The notes under the pieces are model-generated. The model worked only from the letters and a program-made list of their open reading frames with translations, did no database searches and was not told the origin of the DNA. Positions 37,987 to 46,028 of a stretch of DNA of 64,000 bases are shown here, one piece after another. Position numbers and translations under genes: made by a program. Source of the stretch: an uncultured Opitutaceae bacterium (GTDB taxonomy: Bacteria; Verrucomicrobiota; Verrucomicrobiia; Opitutales; Opitutaceae); the NCBI GenBank assembly GCA_947085165.1, contig CAMTVI010000003.1, positions 79,248 to 143,247 on the forward strand, given 5' to 3'. How positions within the stretch are numbered: the stretch's first letter is position 1; each line of letters begins with the position of its first letter.

Positions 37987-39530
37987 GGTATTCCGGCGTA
38001 GCGCGCCAGCATCACGGCCAGCGCATCGAGTTCATCGTGCGCGCGGCGCTTCGGTGCCGCGACGTGACGATTGAGCATCAAACTGAAAACGAGCCGCTCG
38101 CCTGCCGCGCTGTGCACGTAACCCGACACCGACGCCGCCCAGCGCAACGTGCCGGTCTTCGCACGCAGATTATCTTCGGCGGGCGTGTCCTTCATCCGGC
38201 GGCGCAGCGAGCCGCTGCGTCCCGCCAACGGCAACGACTCTGCGAACGCCGCCGCTTCGCGGTGCGTCGCCATAAATTCCAGCAACCGCACCGTGCTCGC
38301 GGCCGTGACAAGATTGTTGCGCGACAACCCCGATCCATCCTCGAAAATCAAATCACGTTCCGTGATGCCGAGCCTGCGCACGAATTCATCGAGCGCATCC
38401 AGCGCGAGTTCGTCGCTGCGTTGCCACGCGCGCGTCGCCGGTTCGCGCCGCAATTCGCCGAGGTGCGCGAAAACCAGATTGGTCGCGAGATTCTGCGACA
38501 CCTGCATAAAATCGATCACGAGCTCGCGCAGCGTGGGCGACGCCACCGCACCGATCTCGATGGCTTCCGTTGTTGGAGCTTCCGGCCAGACTACGCTCCG
38601 CGCGCGGCCTTCGACGACGATGCCCGCGTCGGCCAGCGCGGACTTCAAGGCCCGCGCAAACCATTCCGCCGGACGCGGCACGGTGGCCTCCGTCATCTCT
38701 TCGCGTGCATCCACCGCGAGGGTGCCGAAGAATTGAACCGTGGTGCTGCCGGGCAACCGCTGCACGCGCAAGGTGGACAGGCTCTCCGCGCTCGATGTGC
38801 GGGTGCGGTTGTCCACCACCAGGCCCGACCACGGCTCGAGAATTTCAATGGCGCACGGCTCACCCACTGCCGCGCCCGGCCGCACGCGCACATCGACATA
38901 ATTTTCCGCGAGCGTGATCGCCGACACTTCGGCGCCGTAGTAATCGTTGAGATCATCCGCCGTCCAACTTGCGCCATGTGGGAGGCAACGCAGCCACGTC
39001 GCATCCGCAATGAGGTCACCGCGAATCCGCCGCACGCCCGCGGCGCGCAGCGCGTTGATAAACGGCGTGAACGCGCTCGCAAATTCCGGTTTATGCCGTC
39101 GTGCCCGCCAACTCGGATCACCACGGCCTGCGATGACGAGATTGCCCGCGAGTTCGCCGTCCGGCGTTACCTGTGCGCTGGAAAGCAACGGCGTGATGAT
39201 GCGGTAGTCGCCGCCGAGTTGTTCCAACGCCAACGCGCCCACGTAGAGTTTGCTGTTCGACGCCGGACTGAGGCGGGCGTCCGGCTGGTATTCAAAAAGC
39301 GTTTGGCCGGAATCGAGCGAAGTAACTTTGATGCCCCACGCCGCTCCGTTGAAACGCTTTGTGGTGACGAACGTCGTCAACTCCGCGCGCAGTGCTTCGA
39401 GCGTCGCGATCGGTGTTGTTGGCGGTTGGGCGACGGACGTGAGCGGCGGAGCGGCGTGCAGCGAGAGCGACAGCGCGACGCCGATGAAACCGACTAACAT
39501 TGTCCACGAACGAAAAGAAAAGCAGCTCAT
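37983..39530 (-). CDS. dacB: D-Ala-D-Ala carboxypeptidase/endopeptidase (PBP4, S13)
   Basis: PASNSK (SxxK), GDP, SQN (SxN), DGSGLSR and AKTGTL. Start uncertain (39530 or 39500). Confidence 0.9.
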   Translation of the reverse strand: MSCFSFRSWTMLVGFIGVALSLSLHAAPPLTSVAQPPTTPIATLEALRAELTTFVTTKRFNGAAWGIKVTSLDSGQTLFEYQPDARLSPASNSKLYVGALALEQLGGDYRIITPLLSSAQVTPDGELAGNLVIAGRGDPSWRARRHKPEFASAFTPFINALRAAGVRRIRGDLIADATWLRCLPHGASWTADDLNDYYGAEVSAITLAENYVDVRVRPGAAVGEPCAIEILEPWSGLVVDNRTRTSSAESLSTLRVQRLPGSTTVQFFGTLAVDAREEMTEATVPRPAEWFARALKSALADAGIVVEGRARSVVWPEAPTTEAIEIGAVASPTLRELVIDFMQVSQNLATNLVFAHLGELRREPATRAWQRSDELALDALDEFVRRLGITERDLIFEDGSGLSRNNLVTAASTVRLLEFMATHREAAAFAESLPLAGRSGSLRRRMKDTPAEDNLRAKTGTLRWAASVSGYVHSAAGERLVFSLMLNRHVAAPKRRAHDELDALAVMLARYAGIP

Positions 39531-39685
39531 GCGGGGTGGCGTGCACGATGGGCGTGGACGGGCGCGACGCAATCTTGGAGCGCGGGGCGGATTAAGGTTC
39601 TCGTTGGGTGATGACGGCCGGAGGTGTTTCGTGACGCGAACGGTCTTTGACGCCGCTCGGTGGATGCGTGTATGTTGCCGAGTTC

Positions 39686-40726
39686 ATGATCGCCACTGAC
39701 CAAGCCTTGGAAGCAGAGACGGAGCGCTTGTTGCGCGCACTGATGCACGTGGATTGCGAGCCGGGCCGCCAATGGAACTACGACACCTGCCGCCAACTCG
39801 CACCGCTTACGCTCGAAATCAACGCGCTGAAAAAAGCGAAGGACGCGGTCATTCTCACGCATTCCTACGTAGCACCGGAAATCGTTTACGGCGTCGGCGA
39901 TTTCAAGGGCGACTCCTACTTTCTCAGTCTCAAGGCGCGCGAGTCGAAGGCGAAGATCATCGTCTTCGCGGGCGTCGTCTTTATGGGCGAAACCGCCAAA
40001 ATTCTCTCGCCCGATGCCACTGTCATTGTGCCTGACCGCGGCTCCGGTTGCTCGCTGGCAGATTCGCTCACCGGCGATCAACTCCGCCAGCTCAAGGCCG
40101 CCTACCCCGACGCCGCGGTTGTCTGCTACATCAATTCCACCGCCGACGTGAAAGCCGAGTCCGACGTCTGCGTGACGTCCGGCAACGTTTACGACATCAT
40201 CGCGCAACTGCCGCAACGTCGCGTGCTCTTCGTGCCCGATCGCCTGATGGGCGACAACGTCCGCATCGAACTCAAACGCCGCGGCATCGACAAAGAAATC
40301 ATCACCTCCGACGGCACGTGTATCGTGCACGATGTTTTCGACGCGGCATCCGTCGCCGACGCGCGCGCGCGCTTCCCCGGCCTCAAGGTGGTCGCGCATC
40401 CCGAGTGCACGTCGGAAGTCGCGGCCGTCGCCGATTTCGTCGGCAGCACCGGCGCGATGATGAAATACGTCAAACAAACCGCCGCGCCCTACTTTCTGAT
40501 GCTCACCGAGTGCGGTCTCGTCAGCCGCCTGCAAGTCGAGGCACCCGAGAAAAACTTCATCGGCGGCTGCCGCCTCTGTCCTTACATGAAACTCAATTCG
40601 CTGGAAAAAATCCGCGACGCCCTCATCGCGCCGCGTCCCGAGCAGATCATCACGCTCGACGAAGACCTCCGCCGCCGCGCCGCGCACAGCATCGAACGCA
40701 TGTTCGCAATGACTCCCGCTGAGTAA
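39686..40726 (+). CDS. nadA: Quinolinate synthase
   Basis: H.Y, GDS, GV.FMGETAK, GCSLA, YINS, C.VH, HPEC and CPYM. Confidence 0.93.
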   Translation: MIATDQALEAETERLLRALMHVDCEPGRQWNYDTCRQLAPLTLEINALKKAKDAVILTHSYVAPEIVYGVGDFKGDSYFLSLKARESKAKIIVFAGVVFMGETAKILSPDATVIVPDRGSGCSLADSLTGDQLRQLKAAYPDAAVVCYINSTADVKAESDVCVTSGNVYDIIAQLPQRRVLFVPDRLMGDNVRIELKRRGIDKEIITSDGTCIVHDVFDAASVADARARFPGLKVVAHPECTSEVAAVADFVGSTGAMMKYVKQTAAPYFLMLTECGLVSRLQVEAPEKNFIGGCRLCPYMKLNSLEKIRDALIAPRPEQIITLDEDLRRRAAHSIERMFAMTPAE

Positions 40727-40750
40727 GTGAGCGCGTGGCCCACCCGACCC

Positions 40751-40775
40751 GTTTGTAACGTATTATATTACAAGA
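40751..40775. repeat. Degenerate copy 3 of the palindrome family, between nadA and nadC
   Basis: GTTTGTAACGTA-T-TATATTACAAGA. Confidence 0.7.
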
Positions 40776-40778
40776 TTC

Positions 40779-41627
40779 ATGATCACACCGCGCACGGACC
40801 ATTTGATTGAACTCGCGTTGGAAGAAGACGCGGGGCTGGGCGACGTCACGAGTCGCGCCATCTTCACCGCCGCGCATCGCAGCCGCGGCGGGATTGATGC
40901 CCGTCAAAATCTCGTGCTCTGCGGCGTCGAAGTTGCCGCGCGGGTTTTTGCGCGCGTCGATCCGGCGTTGAAAACAAAACTACTCGCGCGCGACGGCGAC
41001 CGCGTGGCGGCGGGCGACATCGTGTTGCGCGTCGAGGGACCGACCGCGTCGATGCTAACGGCCGAGCGCACCGCGTTGAATTTTCTCCAACGCCTCTCCG
41101 GCATCGCCACGCAGACCGCGCGTTACGTCGCCGCCGTGCGCGGCACCGGTGTGCGCATCGTCGATACGCGAAAAACCACGCCCGGTTGGCGCGCGCCGGA
41201 GAAATATGCCGTGCGTTGCGGCGGTGGCGTCAATCACCGCAGCTCGCTCGGCGAGCACGTGTTGATCAAGGACAACCACATCGCCGCCGCGGGCTCGTTG
41301 ACCAAGGCCGTGCAGCGTTGCCGCGCCGTCGCGCCGCATGGGGCGAAGATCGAAGTCGAGGCGAAGACGCTCGCCGAAGTGCGCGAGGCGTGTCGCGCGG
41401 GTGCGGAAATTATTTTGCTCGATAACATGACGCCGACGCAAGTGGTCGCGGCAGTGAAGGCGATCGCGGGTCGCGCGCTGGTGGAGGTTTCCGGCGGTGT
41501 GCGGTTCGAGACGTTGCGCGATTACGCGCTGCCCGGCGTAAACGTTATCAGCATCGGCGCGCTCACTCACTCGGCTCCGGCGGCGGATTTGAGTCTCGAT
41601 GTGCAACCATGGCGCACGCAACGATGA
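40779..41627 (+). CDS. nadC: Nicotinate-nucleotide diphosphorylase
   Basis: ERTALN, DTRKTTPG, LIKDNH, IEVE, LLDN and EVSGG. Confidence 0.95.
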   Translation: MITPRTDHLIELALEEDAGLGDVTSRAIFTAAHRSRGGIDARQNLVLCGVEVAARVFARVDPALKTKLLARDGDRVAAGDIVLRVEGPTASMLTAERTALNFLQRLSGIATQTARYVAAVRGTGVRIVDTRKTTPGWRAPEKYAVRCGGGVNHRSSLGEHVLIKDNHIAAAGSLTKAVQRCRAVAPHGAKIEVEAKTLAEVREACRAGAEIILLDNMTPTQVVAAVKAIAGRALVEVSGGVRFETLRDYALPGVNVISIGALTHSAPAADLSLDVQPWRTQR

Positions 41628-43180
41628 GGACGATTCGCACCGATTGTCTCGTGCTCGGCGCGGGGTTGGCGGGTTCGGCCTACGCGTTGCACGCGGCGCG
41701 CGCGGGGTTGCGCGTGGAACTGCTTTCCCTCGGCGCACCACTCGCGGCCAACAGTGCGTGGGCGCAGGGCGGCATCATCTACGACACGACGCCGGATCCG
41801 CAACAGTTGGTGGCGGACATTCTCGCGGCCAGCGACGGCACGGCGAATGAGCGAGCCATCGCGCAATTGGTGAATGATGGCCCGCCCGCGGTGAAGGAGT
41901 TGCTGCTCGACGAGATCCACATCGGCTTTGATCGCGACGCAGACGGCGATTTGGATTTTGCGCGCGAGGGCGGCCATCGCGAACGGCGGATCATCCATCG
42001 CAAAGATACCACGGGCCATGCGATCCTAGCGGCAGTCGCGGCCCGCGTCGATGCGACACCGACGATTGCGCGGCGCAGCGGTTACGTCGCGATCGATTTG
42101 CTCACGCTGTCGCACAACGCCGAGGATGCGCGCGACCGTTATGAGCCGCTCACCTGTTTCGGTTGTTACGCGCTCGATACGGCGACGGGTGAAGTCGTCG
42201 CCTTTGTCGCGCGCAAGACGATCCTCGCGACCGGCGGACTCGGCGGGATTTACCTGCACTCGACGAATCAGACCGGCAGCGTCGGCCATGGCGTGGCGAT
42301 GGCGTATCGCGTCGGGGCGCGCGTGATCGATCTGGAATACGTGCAGTTTCACCCGACAGTGTTTTTCGCGTCCGGGGAACAGCCGTTTCTCATCACCGAG
42401 GCGTTGCGCGGCGAAGGCGCGGTGCTGGTCGATGCCGGCGGACGGCGTTTCATGGACGCGGCGCATCCGCTCGGATCGCTCGCGCCGCGCGATGTGGTCG
42501 CGCGCACGATCAGGCAACATCTCGCGACAAGCGGCGAGCCATGCGTCTATCTCGATCTCAGCGCACTGAAGGCGGAGTTTATTCGCACGCGATTTCCCGG
42601 CATCCATGCGCGGTGTCTCGCCAGTGGCATTGACATCGCGCGCGAGCGGATTCCGGTCGTGCCGGCGGCGCACTTTGCCTGTGGTGGCGTGCACACCGAT
42701 TTACAGGGCCGCACCAACGTCCGTCACCTCAATGCGATTGGCGAGACGGCTTGCACCGGTCTGCACGGCGCCAACCGGCTCGCGAGCACGTCGCTCTTGG
42801 AATGTCTCGTCAACGCCCGCGCCACCGCGGCCGCCGATGTCGCAGAGTTGTCCGCCGCCGCGCCGCCCACCGCCGCGCCGCGCGTCTGGCGCAGTCCGAC
42901 GAAAACGGCGGATCCGTTGCTGGTGCGGCAGGATTTGCAACAGGTGCAACAGACGATGTGGAACTACGCGGGCGTGATCCGTTCGCCACGGCGACTGGCG
43001 CGGGCGCGGCGCGTGTTGCGTGAATTGCACGAGGATGTGCAGGCGTTTTACCGCGATTGCCGGCCGACGCGCGAATTGATCGAGCTGCGCAACGCAGTGC
43101 AAACCGCACTGCTCGTCGTGCACGCCGCCGCGCTCAATCCCGAGAGCAAAGGCTGCCACTGGGTGAACGCGGAAGACTGA
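41624..43180 (+). CDS. nadB: L-aspartate oxidase
   Basis: GAGLAG, SAWAQGGI, REGGH...RI.H..D.TG, QFHPT, LAPRDVVAR and GLHGANRLASTSL. Confidence 0.93.
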   Translation: MRTIRTDCLVLGAGLAGSAYALHAARAGLRVELLSLGAPLAANSAWAQGGIIYDTTPDPQQLVADILAASDGTANERAIAQLVNDGPPAVKELLLDEIHIGFDRDADGDLDFAREGGHRERRIIHRKDTTGHAILAAVAARVDATPTIARRSGYVAIDLLTLSHNAEDARDRYEPLTCFGCYALDTATGEVVAFVARKTILATGGLGGIYLHSTNQTGSVGHGVAMAYRVGARVIDLEYVQFHPTVFFASGEQPFLITEALRGEGAVLVDAGGRRFMDAAHPLGSLAPRDVVARTIRQHLATSGEPCVYLDLSALKAEFIRTRFPGIHARCLASGIDIARERIPVVPAAHFACGGVHTDLQGRTNVRHLNAIGETACTGLHGANRLASTSLLECLVNARATAAADVAELSAAAPPTAAPRVWRSPTKTADPLLVRQDLQQVQQTMWNYAGVIRSPRRLARARRVLRELHEDVQAFYRDCRPTRELIELRNAVQTALLVVHAAALNPESKGCHWVNAED

Positions 43181-43213
43181 GCGCGCTTGACGCGACGTGG
43201 AGCGCAAGCGCGC
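43181..43213. terminator. Hairpin between convergent genes
   Basis: GCGCGCTTG...CAAGCGCGC. Confidence 0.45.
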
Positions 43214-43220
43214 CACCTAC

Positions 43221-43604
43221 TCAATGGCAGGCGGACTTGGCCGACTCGGCTTCGCGCGTGCAGGACGCCACGGAGGCGACTGACTTCGCGGCTTGGTCGA
43301 TTTGCGCGAGGTATTTGGCGGGGTCTTTCTTGAAGGTCTTGATGCAACCCGCGCAGCAGAAGCGCACGAGGCGATCGGGCTGGCCCGCTTCCTGATGCGT
43401 GTAATCCACCGGTTTGCCCATGCTGCCGAGCTCCTCGCCCGACACGACGCAGACCGTCAACGGATAAGCAGGAGCCGACTCGACTTGCGCGACTTGCTTG
43501 GGACTGCAGCAAGAGTCGGATTTTTTCGCCGGAGTGGCCGCCACGGCAACCGCCGCCGCGGCGAACAAGGACAGCACAAAGAAGAGAGCAGATTTCGTAT
43601 TCAT
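43221..43604 (-). CDS. Exported YHS/TRASH-like metal-binding protein
   Basis: Signal peptide; CVVSGE.LG.MG...RFCC.GC...F..DP.KY. Confidence 0.75.
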   Translation of the reverse strand: MNTKSALFFVLSLFAAAAVAVAATPAKKSDSCCSPKQVAQVESAPAYPLTVCVVSGEELGSMGKPVDYTHQEAGQPDRLVRFCCAGCIKTFKKDPAKYLAQIDQAAKSVASVASCTREAESAKSACH

Positions 43605-43683
43605 GGTATTCAACCCAGTGTTACGCCGCGCGGTGTGGATTCCCTCAGAAAATTTCGGACTTAGGACCCCGATAGGCCATTAA

Positions 43684-44325
43684 TTAGAAGGCAGTTCCAT
43701 GGTCGTCGAGATCCTGAAGGCTCATGACCGGGGAATACATCACGCTCTTCAAGTCGGTGGAGCGGGGGTAGCCATAAAACTGCAACCCAATCGTTTTCTT
43801 CACCATCTTGTAGAGTCGGAGATCAGTGAGTCCGGCTTGCTCTAGATTGCCGAAGAACGACTCGTGGAGTCGCGCCGACGAGACAATGGAAAGTCGATCA
43901 TCGTGAAAATGCCGCGCGAAAACAAAGCGGGTTCCAGCATCTTTCGAGTTCAAATCGTCCTTAGTCAGAACGATAAATGCCGTCTTCGGCGTGACATCGT
44001 AGAGGCGTTGCACGGGAACCAGTAGCTCTGACCGAACGCGCTCCGCGATCATCTGCCCGGATGGCCCAAACATCTTCGGAGTGCGGCCAGCATGGACGGT
44101 GGAGCGGACGCGCAAGCCGAGTTCCGCGGCGAATTGACTTTCCAATTTCCGAGTGACGTTCTCGGGAAAACCCTCGAGTGGAATCAACCAGACATTGACG
44201 GGGCGGTCGGCAGCGTTTGCTGGGTGAACTGAAAGTGAGGTTGTCGGGGGCGTGGTCGCACAACCGATGAGACTGCCGGCCACAAGGAGGGCGAGAACAA
44301 CGAAACCACCGTAGATCCATTTCAT
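43684..44325 (-). CDS. Lipoprotein with an archaemetzincin (M54)-like fold lacking the zinc motif
   Basis: Lipobox LIGC; LT.DDL...RFVFA...SIVS.ARL; RLYKMVKKTIGL...SVM in place of HExxH...CVM. Confidence 0.6.
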   Translation of the reverse strand: MKWIYGGFVVLALLVAGSLIGCATTPPTTSLSVHPANAADRPVNVWLIPLEGFPENVTRKLESQFAAELGLRVRSTVHAGRTPKMFGPSGQMIAERVRSELLVPVQRLYDVTPKTAFIVLTKDDLNSKDAGTRFVFARHFHDDRLSIVSSARLHESFFGNLEQAGLTDLRLYKMVKKTIGLQFYGYPRSTDLKSVMYSPVMSLQDLDDHGTAF

Positions 44326-44606
44326 GTATCGATCCGCGTTTATTTAACTCCGTTAAAACCTACGGCAGGTTTGGCCCGTGGGTGGGAGCGAAGGGAAATC
44401 CACTGAGCGCCGCAATCTTGGAAATGCGCGACGGCGTTCTCGCGGATGTGCCGCGTTCGTTGGTTCGCCGTTAACAACTTGTAAATGTTGCAAAGGCGCA
44501 GCGGGGACGCGGGGGCGTGGCTTGCGTTGCATCGCGCGGGGCATTGGCTGGCGACACACGCGTGCGGGCGGTTGCTTTATTAATCACTCGCGCTAGGCTT
44601 CCCTCA

Positions 44607-44990
44607 ATGGCTGACATTCTCCTGATCGATGACGAAGAGCTTTTTCGCGATGTGCTCGCGAGCGCGCTCGAGCGACAAGGGCACACCGTGCGGCAGGCGG
44701 GCGACGGCGTCGCGGGACTGAAAATGTATCGGGCGCAACCGGCGGATTTGGTCATTACGGATATCGTCATGCCGGAAAAGGAGGGCCTTGATACGATCCG
44801 CGATTTGCGGCGCGATTTTCCGAAGGCGCGCATCATCGCGATGTCGGGTGGGCTGGCGCAGGACGCGAAACTTTATCTGCATATGGCGGAAAGATTCGGC
44901 GCGCTCGCGGTGTTGGCCAAGCCGTTCGAACTCTCGGAATTAAAGGCAGTCGTGGACCGCGCGCTCGCCGCTCCTAAAACCGGCCAGTAG
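44607..44990 (+). CDS. Single-domain response regulator receiver
   Basis: ILLIDD, DLVITDIVMP..EG, IAMSG and AKPF. Confidence 0.9.
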   Translation: MADILLIDDEELFRDVLASALERQGHTVRQAGDGVAGLKMYRAQPADLVITDIVMPEKEGLDTIRDLRRDFPKARIIAMSGGLAQDAKLYLHMAERFGALAVLAKPFELSELKAVVDRALAAPKTGQ

Positions 44991-46005
44991 CCCGGTAGTG
45001 GGCGAGCAAGTCGGCGGTGCCGGTGGCCATGGAAACACGCGGCGTGTAACCGAGATCGCGGCGCGCGGCGTCCAAGTTGAACCAGTGGTCGGTCGCCAAT
45101 TCCTTCGCCACGAAACGCGTCATCGGCGGCTCGCCCCGCAACGGCAACATGCGCCACGCGGTTTCGAGCACCGCGCCGATCGTATACGCGCGGCGCAGCG
45201 AGACGTGGCGCGTGACCGGCGGCAAATCAAGTCCGCGCAAGAGTTCGTTGATCCACTCCCAGAGCACAACCGGTTCGCCGTTGGTGATGAAATACGCGCG
45301 GCCGCGCGGATCGCATGCCGTGGAGTTGTCACCTAATAGGTGACAACGGGCGAGGGCGCGCTCGGCGAGCACGTGGGCATCGACGACGTTGGTGATATGC
45401 GTGCAATCGACGAGATTGCGACCGGCGCCGACGATGCGTAGTCGACCGCGGCGCGCCAACGCGAGCACGCGCGGCACGACGTTCTGATCGCCCGGTCCCC
45501 AGACGAGGTGCGGGCGCAACGAAATAGTTGCGAGCGTGGGCGAATTGGCGGCGCGGAGCAGTCGCTCTGCCGCGGCCTTGCTCGTCGGATACGCGCACGG
45601 CGCTTCGGTGCAGAGTGGCGCGGATTCATCGACACCCGCGAGATCACCGCCGTTGAACACCACGCTCGGCGAACTGGTGTGCACGAGCCGCGGCACACCG
45701 GCACGTTGGCAGGCTTCAACGACGCAGCGCGTGCCTTCGACGTTAACGTGAAAAAAATCCCCTGCCGGGCCCCATACGCCGACGCGACCGGCGACGTGAA
45801 ACACCGTCGTCGCACCGGCGCAACCGCGAGCCAACGCGGCGTGGTCGTGCAAATCACCGAGCACCACTTCCGCACCGAGCCGAGCGAGTTCGGGCAACGG
45901 ACGGCGCGCCAACACGCGCACGGTGCGCCCGTCGACGAGGAGACGTTCGGCAAGTTTGCCGCCGATGAAACCGCTCGCGCCGGTGATGAAGACGGGTTCG
46001 CTCAT
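44974..46005 (-). CDS. oleD: 3-beta-HSD-like NAD(P)-dependent reductase (OleD type)
   Basis: TGASGFIG, HTSSPSVVF, YPTSK and LRPHLVWGPGD; adjacent to oleC. Confidence 0.75.
   Translation of the reverse strand: MSEPVFITGASGFIGGKLAERLLVDGRTVRVLARRPLPELARLGAEVVLGDLHDHAALARGCAGATTVFHVAGRVGVWGPAGDFFHVNVEGTRCVVEACQRAGVPRLVHTSSPSVVFNGGDLAGVDESAPLCTEAPCAYPTSKAAAERLLRAANSPTLATISLRPHLVWGPGDQNVVPRVLALARRGRLRIVGAGRNLVDCTHITNVVDAHVLAERALARCHLLGDNSTACDPRGRAYFITNGEPVVLWEWINELLRGLDLPPVTRHVSLRRAYTIGAVLETAWRMLPLRGEPPMTRFVAKELATDHWFNLDAARRDLGYTPRVSMATGTADLLAHYRATGRF
45325..45347. repeat. Palindrome family copy 4, in frame inside oleD
   Basis: GTTGTCACCTA-A-TAGGTGACAAC, encoding (R)CHLLGDN on the minus strand. 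Confidence 0.85.
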
Positions 46006-46028
46006 GACGGTTTTGTGTGAGGCGCGAT

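Noticed and set aside
43636-44403. Short inverted similarity (GTGGATTCCCT / AGGGAAATCCAC) flanking the low-GC lipoprotein gene, as possible element ends
   Set aside because: Only about 11 bp with a gap and no target duplication. It could be chance or promoter sequence.
44476-44494. TTGTAA-ATG-TTGCAA as another palindrome-family copy
   Set aside because: The spacing and core differ from the TGT[A/C]AC-N7-GT[T/G]ACA family.
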